DNA of 62,578 nt, counting the filler, from Choristocarpus tenellus KU-1152 (lineage: Eukaryota; Protista; Phaeophyceae): assembly GCA_964200185.2 (NCBI GenBank). It is 6 parts of 6 records of this genome, joined end to end, with 100 filler letters (N's around TTAATTAATTAA, not from the genome) between each part and the next. Parts side by side here need not be neighbours in the genome. Positions count along the whole stretch, not along the records: positions 32,999 to 62,578 come from CAXNAD020000105.1; 5 more parts are not named here. The stretch is one strand, 5' to 3'. Below the pieces are notes generated by a model. That model did not search any database. It saw nothing but the letters and a program-made list of their open reading frames with translations, and had not been told where the DNA came from. Shown here in pieces: positions 52,640 to 62,578 of this stretch (position 1 is its first letter; the number at the start of each line of letters is the position of its first letter). The position numbers were made by a program, and so were the translations under genes.

Positions 52640-55600
52640 CATTGTACTTTGCTGGTATAATGCGTGATGGGATGGTCACTTGGGTCATTCTGCATGGACA
52701 CTATCATGGAGAGAATCATTTGTGGCAAATCCTCAAATGTGATCACTAGGTTTTGCAGGAGTTAGTATTTATTGTCTTTGGAATTGCAGAGGAATTCTGG
52801 ACCACTATTCTGATATCCTTTTGAGAGAGAATAGGTGTAGGTTTCCTTTGATGCTTGGTGTTGGCAAACTGATAGAAGAGTCGGTGTTAGGGTTAGGGTT
52901 AGGGTTAGGGTTTAACTAACTTGTATGATAGTGTAAGGACCATGGGAATAGCTTGCACAATCTTGTTTCTAATACTACGGAAATACTCCGAATATTACAT
53001 TCTTGGAAATATATGCAATGGATTGTTATTCTCCAGATGTATGTGTGCAGAAATTTCCTAGAAGAAGAATGGAGTTAGATTGTTGGTAGGTAGGCAGGCT
53101 TTGATGATTTTTGTTTTGAAGGTGCTGGTTAGGGTAGGGAAATGAAAGGCTGTTTCAGGTTTGAGAGTTTCCAGCAAGGGAGACTTGTCTTGTGGGATTT
53201 GGGATGAATAGCACAGCTTGAAATACATTTCACCATTTTTTGAGGCATACTTTGTTGACCCTTGTTTTTTTGGAGAAAAACTGTTTTCAGCATTTTTTAA
53301 TCTGCTTAGATATATATATCTGAGGTACATGGCACAAGCCAGATTCTCTTGTTTTTTGTATTGAACTATAACAATCAGATTGTTGGGCCTTAACAACTAT
53401 CTGCTATATGTCAATAACCTATGTGTGTGTCCACATGTGTGCTTTTTTTCCACATTCCTATACTAACCCTAACCCTTTCGAAGAGTCCTTCCTGAAAAAT
53501 GAGACAAAATTAATAAAAGATGTTACAGAAAGAAATCCCGTATTCTGGAAGATATTATACATATATATATATCATATCAGTGACCACAACTTTTGGGGAA
53601 TAGGGTTAGGGTTATAGAAAGCTCATTTTTGAGCGCTCGATTTTCCTAGAAAGGCAGAAGAGCAACACTTAAATAGACCTTTCGAAAAGTGTGTGATGAG
53701 TATCCCAATTTACAGGTGCTCACCTCTATATTTGTCAATGTAGTGGTGGGACAGAGAAAGCACTTGATATTTGCATTGAATCATTATGAAATACCTATGC
53801 TTGTATTTTTGGGGTTATTGGGTTACATTATCGTTTGTTACATGTGCTGTTCGGATGCTATTCTCTTCAGCCAGGGAATGATAATGGTAAGGTCTGGGAA
53901 TGAGAGTCATTTTTATTTTTTTCATGTTCATTGCTTGCACCATGCGGTTGGGAAGTTGGTTGGGAAGTTGGTTGGGAAGTTGGTGTCCCCCAATGGACAC
54001 GGTATATCTCCTCTACAACAAGACTTACTAATGGACGTAAACTTCTTAGTCCATCATGATGAGACTAACCCTAACCCTAAGTCCATCACGATGAGACAAG
54101 AATGCTTGATGGTGAGTTTGTAATATGTAGTCTATGATACAGAGGGATAGTGTTCCTATCAGCTGATTTTCCTAGAATTTGATCAATGGGATTTTTATTT
54201 ACTATTTTCGATGTGTTTTCCTTAGGGTTAGGGTTACATATCAAGGGTTAGGGTTACATATAAAGGAATACAAAATTTGTCAGAAACTGTCTCGATAGGT
54301 TGTGTAAAGGGACTTTCAAGGCTTCTTTTGGAGCAAACCACACTTCAGTTGTTTGTGTGGTTGTTGAGATAAGTGGTATTGAAACAAAAAGGTAACTACA
54401 CAAAGGCCTGTAGGCGATGAGGACATTGACTTGACGGGGTGCACGAAAGAGATCCAGATCAGATAGATGAATAAAAAGATAAAGTCTACAAAGGACAAGC
54501 ATGGTATCACCAGCACAGGCAGGCAAAGCACGTGTGGTTCAATTGCGTCAGCTGGACTTGAAGCAAAGCGGGTGACACTCAACTGCTAATGCTGAAACCA
54601 TGGTCACAAAAAAAAAACGAGGTGAGGTGGAGATTGAATTGAGGGTTAGGGTTAGGTAATTGAGGGAAGTAAGAGCAGAGGTGGAGGGTAAAGTTGAGCA
54701 AGCCTTCACCATTATGGATGCCACTGTAATGAGGAATGAAGAAAACGAGTCGGAGGCTATTGCGACTGGAGTGCTTTGTGAGGTAGATGAGAGACGAGAG
54801 GCTAGAAACAAAAGAGGCTAGCTGCTGAGAAGGCTAGCTGCTGAGAACCGCGCTTAAAGAGGCTGACGTCTGTACTTAAGCTGTTAAAAATATTGCCAAC
54901 ACTCTGAGAGGCCAGCAGTGCCTGAAGAAGAGATTGCAGTGTTTGAAGGCGGTGCTCCAAAGGTTAAGGGAGGAAAACCACCAGGAAGAACTCAAAAGGG
55001 AGAAGATCAAGGTTGACAATCTCCAGAAGGAGCTAGTATCTTTTGACACAAACCCTGTTTTACCCACAAGTGAGATTGAGCAAACAGGGGTTGCCCATTA
55101 ACGGGTGAGTCTCCAGCCGTGCGTGGATGACGAATAACAGTATGTGTAGAACACACCCAACATGCAGTAGTAGCACCTAGGACCCACCTCCTTGGTACTC
55201 TCCTTCTTTGCATTGTCCTTTGCCAGTTATTACACCCTAACCCTACATGTGTTTATGGTTCCTGAATTACCAACTGTATTATAATAGGTCTCACACGTTT
55301 TTTTTTTGGAAAATACAAAAAGTCGGGGACAAGGATGAGGAGTTTTCAGGCAATTTCATTGGCCAAATGACAATAAAAACAAAAAAAATCGATAAAGAGA
55401 TGATCACAAGAAATGCCCACAACGGCGATAATCAACTCTCATTCCCAGAATTGGAAATACTATGGTGTCTTGTACAACACTTACGGAATGCAGTATACTA
55501 TGTTTTGTCTTCTTGGGTCCGCAGGGACAACTCTAACCCTTGGGTTAGGGTTAGGGTTAGGGTTAGGGTTAGGTTTAGGGTACTTGTCCACACATTTGCC

Positions 55601-58600
55601 ATTAAACCCACTTGTAACACTCATCTTAGAGCCAGAAATATATTGGAGATTATTTTTTGGTAGAAATCCCTGCTGGTACTATACTTTACCTTTGATTCTT
55701 ATCTGAAATGCAAATCTCAACCTGAAGATTTTGTCAGATACTTCAAGTAGTGTAAAGAGTGTAAAGAATGTAAAGAGTGAAGTCATATGAGAGGGGGGTC
55801 GATTTTTTCCCTTTTCAAGTTTGGAGACCTTTCTGTGCATTGTGCACTTTTCACCTTGTAAATCCATGACATGCAGTTAATCTTAACCCTTTGAAGGGTG
55901 TGGTAGTAGAAGAAGATTACCTGTCAAAATATTTTGTGCCAAAAATGCCTTCCAGTGTAATAGTGATCAGTGATCAGAACACATGTACCACACACAAGGA
56001 AGTCAAAGGAGTCCTTGAAACTTGATGGCAGCCCCCTCTTAGAATATTTTCTCTCACAATCAATACCCTCATTGCAAGCAGAACACCAACCCCACAAAAT
56101 ATTGCCTATGGCATGATGGAATATATCTGGTAGAGCATAAATGTATTCATTTGTTTGGGTTTTGGTAATTGGATTGGTAGGCTGTAGTATCAGATGCAGT
56201 ATGTGCAAAAGGTGCCCCTGTAGATCGGTGCTTGAAGAGGTAGGAAAGTACTACAACAGAAATCATGGAGTTGTGTATGGTGTTCTGTTTAATGCTGTCA
56301 AATAGATGCCTGTTGATGTAATAAAATACAGTACTGATCACTCTTTCTTGCGCAACCCTAACCCTAACCCTAACTGTTCAAATTTCCTTCTACCTGCGAG
56401 AAGAAGAAGTGACTCTTGCTGAATCCAAACTTTGCACTGAGATGGAGGGGACCCTAAATAGCCAGATACTGCTGGAGGCTAGGAGAGCAAGGCTCACTGC
56501 TGAACTCAAGGTGAGGTTACCAGATACACAACCCCTATTACAGAGTTGTGCTTTGTTAAGAAGTCTTGGATAGAAACAGTACCTGTGACGCTTGTTGGTA
56601 CAGCCCTTGCACTGACCTAGACTTGGTGAGCCTTAGAAGTGATCGTGAATGCTGCCCTCCAGAAGTTGCTTGTGATGAATTGCTACTCCTTCCACCCCTA
56701 ACATTTCACGCAGTTAGGGTTACCATTGTGGGGTCGTTGGGTTAGGGTTAGGACTTCAATTGAAGAGTTTCTTGCTTTGGAGTGTCTTGATAATTTTTGG
56801 AGTCCCACATTTAGGTACTCTAGCACTGTGTGAGTCATTTACCATGAGAAAGGTTAGGGTTAGGGTTAGGGTTAGGGTTAGTAGATCATTTTTTGTTTTG
56901 ATAATATCAGTCGTAAATTGTTGACATTATGATACTTGAAGGTGGCATGCTATAATTATCACTCACACCTTAACTTAGTTCATCGGGATGCATTTACCAT
57001 GGTTCCTTGCCTATCCGTATTCCTTGGATTTCAAGTCTTTAGGTTGCATGTAATGCTGTAGCTGTTTTGACACACTCCTGTGAATGGGAAGATCTTGCTT
57101 GGGCATGAAGCTTTTGCATGGATAATCTTATACTTCAAAGTATCTTAAAGTAATCAACGGATACATTTCTCAATTTGCCAGAGTGATATATTTCAGCTTC
57201 AGTTATTGGAAAATTTGTGTATGCCACACGCCAATTCCAGCTCGACCAGACAAAATCCCTACCAGTTGGTCTGGGCTTAGACGATAATAATGAATAGAGC
57301 ATTGTTTTACTCAAGAAAGACAAGAATTATCGCAGCTGCATATTTTCCAGTTTAAAGTTCTAGGGTTAGGGTTTAGGGTTACCCTAAACCTAGAGGTCTA
57401 TGCTGCAGGTACATGGTTTCTGAAGTTATGTCCTTAGAGACCCCCAATGGTGCACATCTCTTTTCTAAATTGCTCTCTGTTGTGTTTTTTCTGTTTGGTG
57501 TTGTTGCAGGCTATTTACCCCATCAAGTACCAGGGGCAACTTGGGGAATACACAATCCGTGGCCTAGAGCTTCCATCGGACCTTTACACAGTGGATGATG
57601 AGAGGGTTTCCTCTGCCCTTGGATACTGTGCTCACCTCGTATGTATGCTGGCTAAATACCTGCAGGTTCCCCTTCGATACCAGCTCATCTACAATGCATC
57701 CAGGTGAATTTTGAACGTCGTTGTGACAATCTGAACTTTGCATATTTGGTACTGGCTTTATTTGTCCTCTATGTTGTTATCTGTTGTCCTGGTGAGGCCG
57801 TGAAGAATCCGTGTCCTTGGCAGTACATGTACAGTGGGTAGTGTCCAGTTGTGTTGCTTTTCATTGGTTGGTACCTGAAACAAGAATCTTCTCCCTAACC
57901 ATGTTGAGATCAAAGAGCCAGCATGGTACATGAGAGGTATGGCACTACTAGACATATTTAGAGCAAAGTTTGAAGACATTTCCATACCTAACACACTACC
58001 AAGTGTAACATTAGGGGCTGAACACTACATGGGCTATCTAGTTCTCTCAAATCCAGTTACATGCGGGTTCATGTGCTATCTATGTAGCAGTGGACTTAAA
58101 AACATAACTATTTCATACTACACGCACCTCTTTGTCCATGATGTTGAGGTGGACTAACATCTGTTCTTGTTTTGCGGGTTTGGTTCTAATTGGGAAATGA
58201 TGTGTAATACTGTTGATTATTTTGATTTGTCCAGGTGTAAGAATGTCCCTATTGAAGTTAATGTGCTGAGAATTCATCTCTTTTATGACAAATGTAGACT
58301 TTTACAACATTATACTAGTGACAACCGGTACTGGCGTTTTTTTAGCAACAGATGAGAATGAGTATTTTAACTGGTTCATTTTACTACCAGATCCAGCTGA
58401 AGATGAAAGGTGTTTTAATTGTTGATGTGATGGAACATCCCTGATTTTTTGTGATACTGACATTTCTCGTCACTGAGAGGTCAACACAACATTTCATGTA
58501 ACAACCCGAAATGAAGTATTAGTGATCAAGACTTGGTCAAACATGCACGATTATTTGCTGCTTTAGAGGAACCGAGTTAGAGGTGTGGGACTTTACATGT

Positions 58601-59543
58601 TGGTGAATGGCCAGGTTCCAGAATTTTCCATGTAATCAAAGTTTGGGCAGCACCTATAAGGGCATGTAAACTGGTGGGAAAACAGGAATATATAGATATC
58701 TCAGTATGTAGCAACTGTTGTGCTCCTATCATGTAGTACACCTTGCCTTTCACTTTATGGTTACAAATTGGCATGCTTACAATGTATGCATGTTTGGTGT
58801 TTATCCAGGCAAGCGGGTTGCCGTTCTTTTAAGAAACGTCCAAAGCGTCTAACTATATCTGATCAGAGAATATTATATTATCTAAGTACTGAGTTATGTT
58901 TTAATCAACGTGATTATTATGGTCAATTCAGTATCCCGTATGTCATTGACAAGTCAGTGATTGAGATCCATCATTGGAATAAGAGTAATCATACCACATT
59001 AGTAGTCACTATACGCACCCAGTCTTCTTTAGTCAAGATTGAGACTAAAATAGGTGTGTGTGAGTTCCCATCTTCTCAGACAGTCAGTCAGAAGCAGCAC
59101 ACGGGAGGGGGAAGGAAGAAGAGTTAAGAAGGTGCACAATATATTACAGACAAAATATATTACAGACCGTAAGAAGAAAAAAGGAAAATGGAGAAACACT
59201 CTCAAACTGATTTTGGCACCAGGAAATTGATTACTTTTGAAAGATGCGCCTGTCCAAGTATTAATTAGTGTTCAACCAAAACCACACCCTTCTTGTTTTT
59301 TTTATGGGTGATGTTGGGTGTCACCTATTGATCAGGTCTGCTGTTCGGGATAACATCACAGGTGCAGGGGTTGCCTACCCTCTTTTTCGTAGAGGAGTAG
59401 AGAAGGAAAGATTTGACCGTGGTGTCCATCTTTTGGGAAAGGATGTGGAGCAAATGCTGGCAGCAAGGGGGGTGCCTGTGAAGAGGGGAGGGGGACAGTT
59501 GCTTAGAAATCTTGAGCGGCTCATAACTGCAGAGAGTGCATGA
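40868..59543 (+). CDS. UVRAG: UVRAG/Vps38 homologue (PI3KC3 complex II subunit), ~572 aa
   Basis: Exons 40868-41255, 41417-41551, 42811-43101, 43991-44115, 51144-51305, 52295-52400, ~56401-56510, 57510-57703 and 59336-59543 are phase-consistent (1719 nt). Motifs: LRSVSVRNI and IYSSHACPSTVNPTW (UVRAG N-terminal/C2 region), a coiled coil, RRARLTAELKAIYPI, and YTIRGLELP...VSSALGYCAHLVCMLAKYLQVPLRY...SRS.V.D...YPLF...RFDRGVHLLGKDVEQM (BARA2). The exon 2 and exon 7 acceptors, and possible extra micro-exons at 50.4-50.9 kb, are uncertain. Confidence 0.85.
44620..49781 (-). mobile_element. Decayed hAT-like DNA transposon inside a UVRAG intron
   Basis: The terminus CAGGGG reads from 49781 on the minus strand. 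Both ends are homologous to the 24294-26512 copy. Minus-strand transposase remnants include EWVLLRQLVSLTNMAMDATALF*G and MASFLGPHTK (cf. the hAT AxFLDPRxK motif) at 46.2-46.7 kb, with further broken ORFs at 47.8-48.4 kb. The left boundary is approximate. Confidence 0.6.
45691..45782 (+). repeat. 18-bp minisatellite x5
   Basis: Unit tgccatcaacccccatga. Confidence 0.9.
51023..51125 (+). repeat. 27-bp minisatellite x4 next to a UVRAG acceptor
   Basis: Unit ctgtactgacattgtaccaatgtacct. Confidence 0.8.
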
Positions 59544-60410
59544 TATTCCTTGGTTCAATGATACTGTATCTTTTGCAGGGTTGGTGTGTTTTGTGTTGGT
59601 AATTTTTTTTTTTTGTGATATTTCTGCTTGATGTTGAAAAGTATTTTGAAGAATGATAAGTGTTCTTGAAATATGTTTCGTTATTTTGCTGAGTGTTTGT
59701 TATAAGATACGAGTTGCAGATCAGCAACCAATGTGAACGTAAGTACTGCTATTGATTTGGTCATGCTGTCAATGCTCAACGTTTTGCAGGCGACCATGTT
59801 GTGAGGTGTGATGAGGTGAATGAAGCTGATCGACTTTGTCCAGATGTGCCCATTCAGGGTAAAATACTTCATTTTGTTGTGGAGCGCTTTTGTATATTAA
59901 CCCTCTCACTGAAAGTCTCTCTGATCCTGCTGTGTCCAGCTCTTGTTTATTCATGACCAGTTTGGTCGTAGGTTGTGCACTGTGCAATTGCCACTCACCT
60001 CAACGTATTTGACACTCACTTGTTATTTGAATGCCAAACTCAACCATTATGGGATCAAACCCTACACCATCCATCTCCAATCGCGTAAGTGAGTGGGGTA
60101 ATGCAACATTGGACCTTCATAGACCTTGTGCGTACGGTCATTTCGAAACCGTGGGCACTACGGTTTCTGATCATTGCCAAAAGAATATTGGTATTGTAGG
60201 TTGAGACTCTGGTCTTGTTATGACACCACTGAGAATCTTCTGTTTGCATCTCCTAATGATCAGCTCAAGGACCAAGCTGCTCGATGTATGAATGCCACCT
60301 GTTGAGGGTTGATACTATCTACAAGAGATTTGACCTAGCTTTTTTTGTCCAGAGACTAGAAATCGTACCAGAATAGTAGTTGACCATACAGAGCAATACT
60401 TTCAAGATTT

Positions 60411-61505
60411 GTGTTGTGGTTAGTGTGCTGGCTAAACCTCACCACCCTAAATCTCCAAGCAGAACCATCATCAGTTGGATTCATGCTCCTTCCTACACCC
60501 AGCCAACATGTCAAACTTGAGATGGTGCGCCGCTCACATATCCTCATCACAGCTGATGTTGTTGGTCTTTATCCCTCTCTCATAAATCACAATGTGTTTT
60601 ATAGAGTAATATCTGCCACTCGCAGACACTTCCGCAAACTCTGGTCCCTTCCAATGTTCTTCCTTTTCTACCACATCCTACGCTTTGTTGTCAACAACAG
60701 CTTTGTGAACTTTAACGGCGAGATGTTCAAACAAATAAAAGGATTAGCAATGGGCAGCCCAGCTGCCCCTGACATGGCAATCATTGCCCTGGTGGAATCT
60801 GAAAAACTCTTTCTTTCAACCAGACCTAACATCTTTTTCCGAAGACATAGACGATATCTTCGCGATTTACGAGGGACCCATTGAGCAAGCCAAGGATGCT
60901 TTCAAAGATCTACATGCTGACCATGGTCTCAAAACCACAGCAGTACTCTCTCCCATATTGGTTCACTTTCTAGACATTGTCATCCACAAAGGGAAGCGAT
61001 TGATAGGCTCTAACCGTCTAGATATTAAAACTCATCAAAAAGTACTTGACAAGTACATGTACATACCTTTCAGGTCAAGCCACCCTATGCATTCGAAACG
61101 AGGTTATATCACTGGTGAGCTCCTTAGATATGTATCAACCTGCTCTGATAAGGAATCCTACCCCGAAGTAAGAAACAAATTCTACTTCAAACTCAGAGCC
61201 AGAGGCTACCCACCTTGGTTCCTACTACTGCAGTGTTTCGAAAAAGTCAACTACTCCCAAAGAGCAGAAAGACTCAAACCAACAATACCCAGACAGGACA
61301 TTACCCCTGCAACCTTCGTGCTCTCGTACCACCCAATGTGGGATATCCCCTCCATCAAAAAAGGCTCACTAAGCACTTATGTGACCTCCCCCCTTTTGCA
61401 GAGGAAGAAGGAATTGTCGATAAAGAGAAGGGCATACTCCCCCTTATCTCCTTCAGACAGAATAGCTCGTTAGGTAAACAATTGATGCGCGCGAAACTAC
61501 CTTAA
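60411..61505 (+). mobile_element. Penelope-like retroelement reverse transcriptase, apparently 5'-truncated, two frameshifts
   Basis: RT motifs ITADVVGLYPS, FKQIKGLAMGSPAAP, FRR/(Y)IDDIF (frameshift ~60848) and VHFLDIVI. PLE thumb K...YMYIPFRSSHP.HSKRGYITGELLRY...KLRARGYP. A second frameshift lies near 61360, and the ORF ends ...ISFRQNSSLGKQLMRAKLP* with no GIY-YIG. Confidence 0.85.
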
Positions 61506-62578
61506 CCAGTTATTGAACTTATCGCACCCTAGCTCCCAAGAGATAGACCTGCATCGAAAGGCCCTGTACAGTCCTTTGATGCTCCACTTACTACTTAGTT
61601 ATGGAGCTAAGTATATGTGAATCCCGCCTTTTAATCAATTGATTTTATCCATAGATAATCAATGTGATTTACCGCTCCACAAGCTTTACAAAACCCAATT
61701 ATTTTTGTGGAGCAACCCCAACTGATGGTGCATGTTTCAGTTTTCCTGATACACACCATTTAGGTGAGGGAAACGCGTTTTAAACCACGTTGAAGTATCT
61801 CAACGGCTTCTGCTAGTAGTGTGTAAATAGGTGTGGTAGCCAAGATTAAGTCTCATTGGATTTTGGCTCCCAAATGGACGTGGCTCTACCCTCTAAGATA
61901 TTTTGTCTCTTCATTCCTTGTCAGCCACTTTGAAGATCAAAGTTAGGTGCAGACATCATGACAGGGTTAGGAAATTTCATTGATGACAAAATCGTACACT
62001 TCGAAGTACATAATAAAGAGGCATCAAGAACGTCATCCAAAACAGCACAACACATGCATACACCCAATTCTTATACCGATTCAAGTCCAAATACATGGGG
62101 ATATTCCTACCCCCTTTCGACTCTCGAGCACTGTTCCTTCATAAAGAAGGAATTTTCTTCTCATGTTATTGTTCGTGGACCACTGGATCACATCTAGATC
62201 TGAGACAAATCGCCACAGGAGGTGGGCTAAGTGCTTGGGACACAGGCGAGCACCATGTGAAGTACCCCATCATTCCACTCTGCTAGTGGCCCTTGATTAT
62301 CTCAGTCAGTGAGGATATAGCAATACAAAAAATGGAGAATGTCAAATATTCGTAGCCAAAGGGATGCACTTGCACTGCGACACCCCTTCATATCCCAATC
62401 ATACTAAAGAAAGAGTCCAAGATAGGAGTATTAGTACTACTGAGTTTTAAGGGCCGCTTTGCAATTGTGGTGGTACATGTTTTTGGAGCATGCATTGTGC
62501 AGGTAACCGCCTCTCAGCAAAATTGGGGATGGAGCATACTATGGAGGATGGGTTTGACCCAAAATGTTGCGCGGAGAG

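Larger units (their letters stand above)
42739..57393. repeat. Dense field of short interstitial telomeric (TTAGGG/CCCTAA)n tracts
   Basis: Roughly 40 tracts of 1.5-6 units by eye, on both strands. Examples: 43170-43192, 45598-45622, 48387-48421, 49641-49670, 52598-52639, 52887-52912, 55542-55580, 56851-56881. Isolated tracts also occur at ~2991, 3475, 8790, 21152, 36903, 37248 and 37998. Confidence 0.9.

Noticed and set aside
56120-56170. HMG-box-like peptide PKPKQMNTFMLY on the minus strand
   Set aside because: A stop follows shortly and the rest of the HMG helices are absent.
42739-57393. Interpretation as a true telomere or subtelomere
   Set aside because: The tracts are short, dispersed, in both orientations and inside an intact gene, rather than a polarised terminal array.

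Overview
This is an intron-rich eukaryotic scaffold window. The bipartite plastid-targeting presequence, GT-AG introns and TTAGGG repeats point to a photosynthetic stramenopile, probably a brown alga or close relative (inference). Four spliced genes can be reconstructed by hand with phase-consistent splice sites: (1) the 3' part of a proteinaceous RNase P (PRORP; +, 1461-3525); (2) a 7-exon, 320-aa uncharacterised protein with an N-terminal hydrophobic signal and R-S-E motifs resembling ADP-ribosyltransferases (-, 4724-13893); (3) a 5-exon, 268-aa predicted thylakoid-lumen protein (-, 38265-40728); and (4) head-to-head with it, a UVRAG/Vps38 homologue with at least 9 exons (+, 40868-59543). 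The rest is transposon debris: a pogo-like element, two related hAT copies, three MITE families sharing GRGTCAAA termini and 4-bp TSDs (Sola2-like), and a Penelope-like RT with no C-terminal endonuclease. Five 100-bp N-TTAATTAATTAA-N blocks are assembly linkers. The most striking signal is dozens of very short interstitial (TTAGGG)1-5 tracts in both orientations, concentrated at ~42.7-57.4 kb. Comparing paralogous repeat copies inside the window shows these tracts inserted at, or replacing, pre-existing sequence, consistent with frequent telomerase-templated patching of internal breaks.
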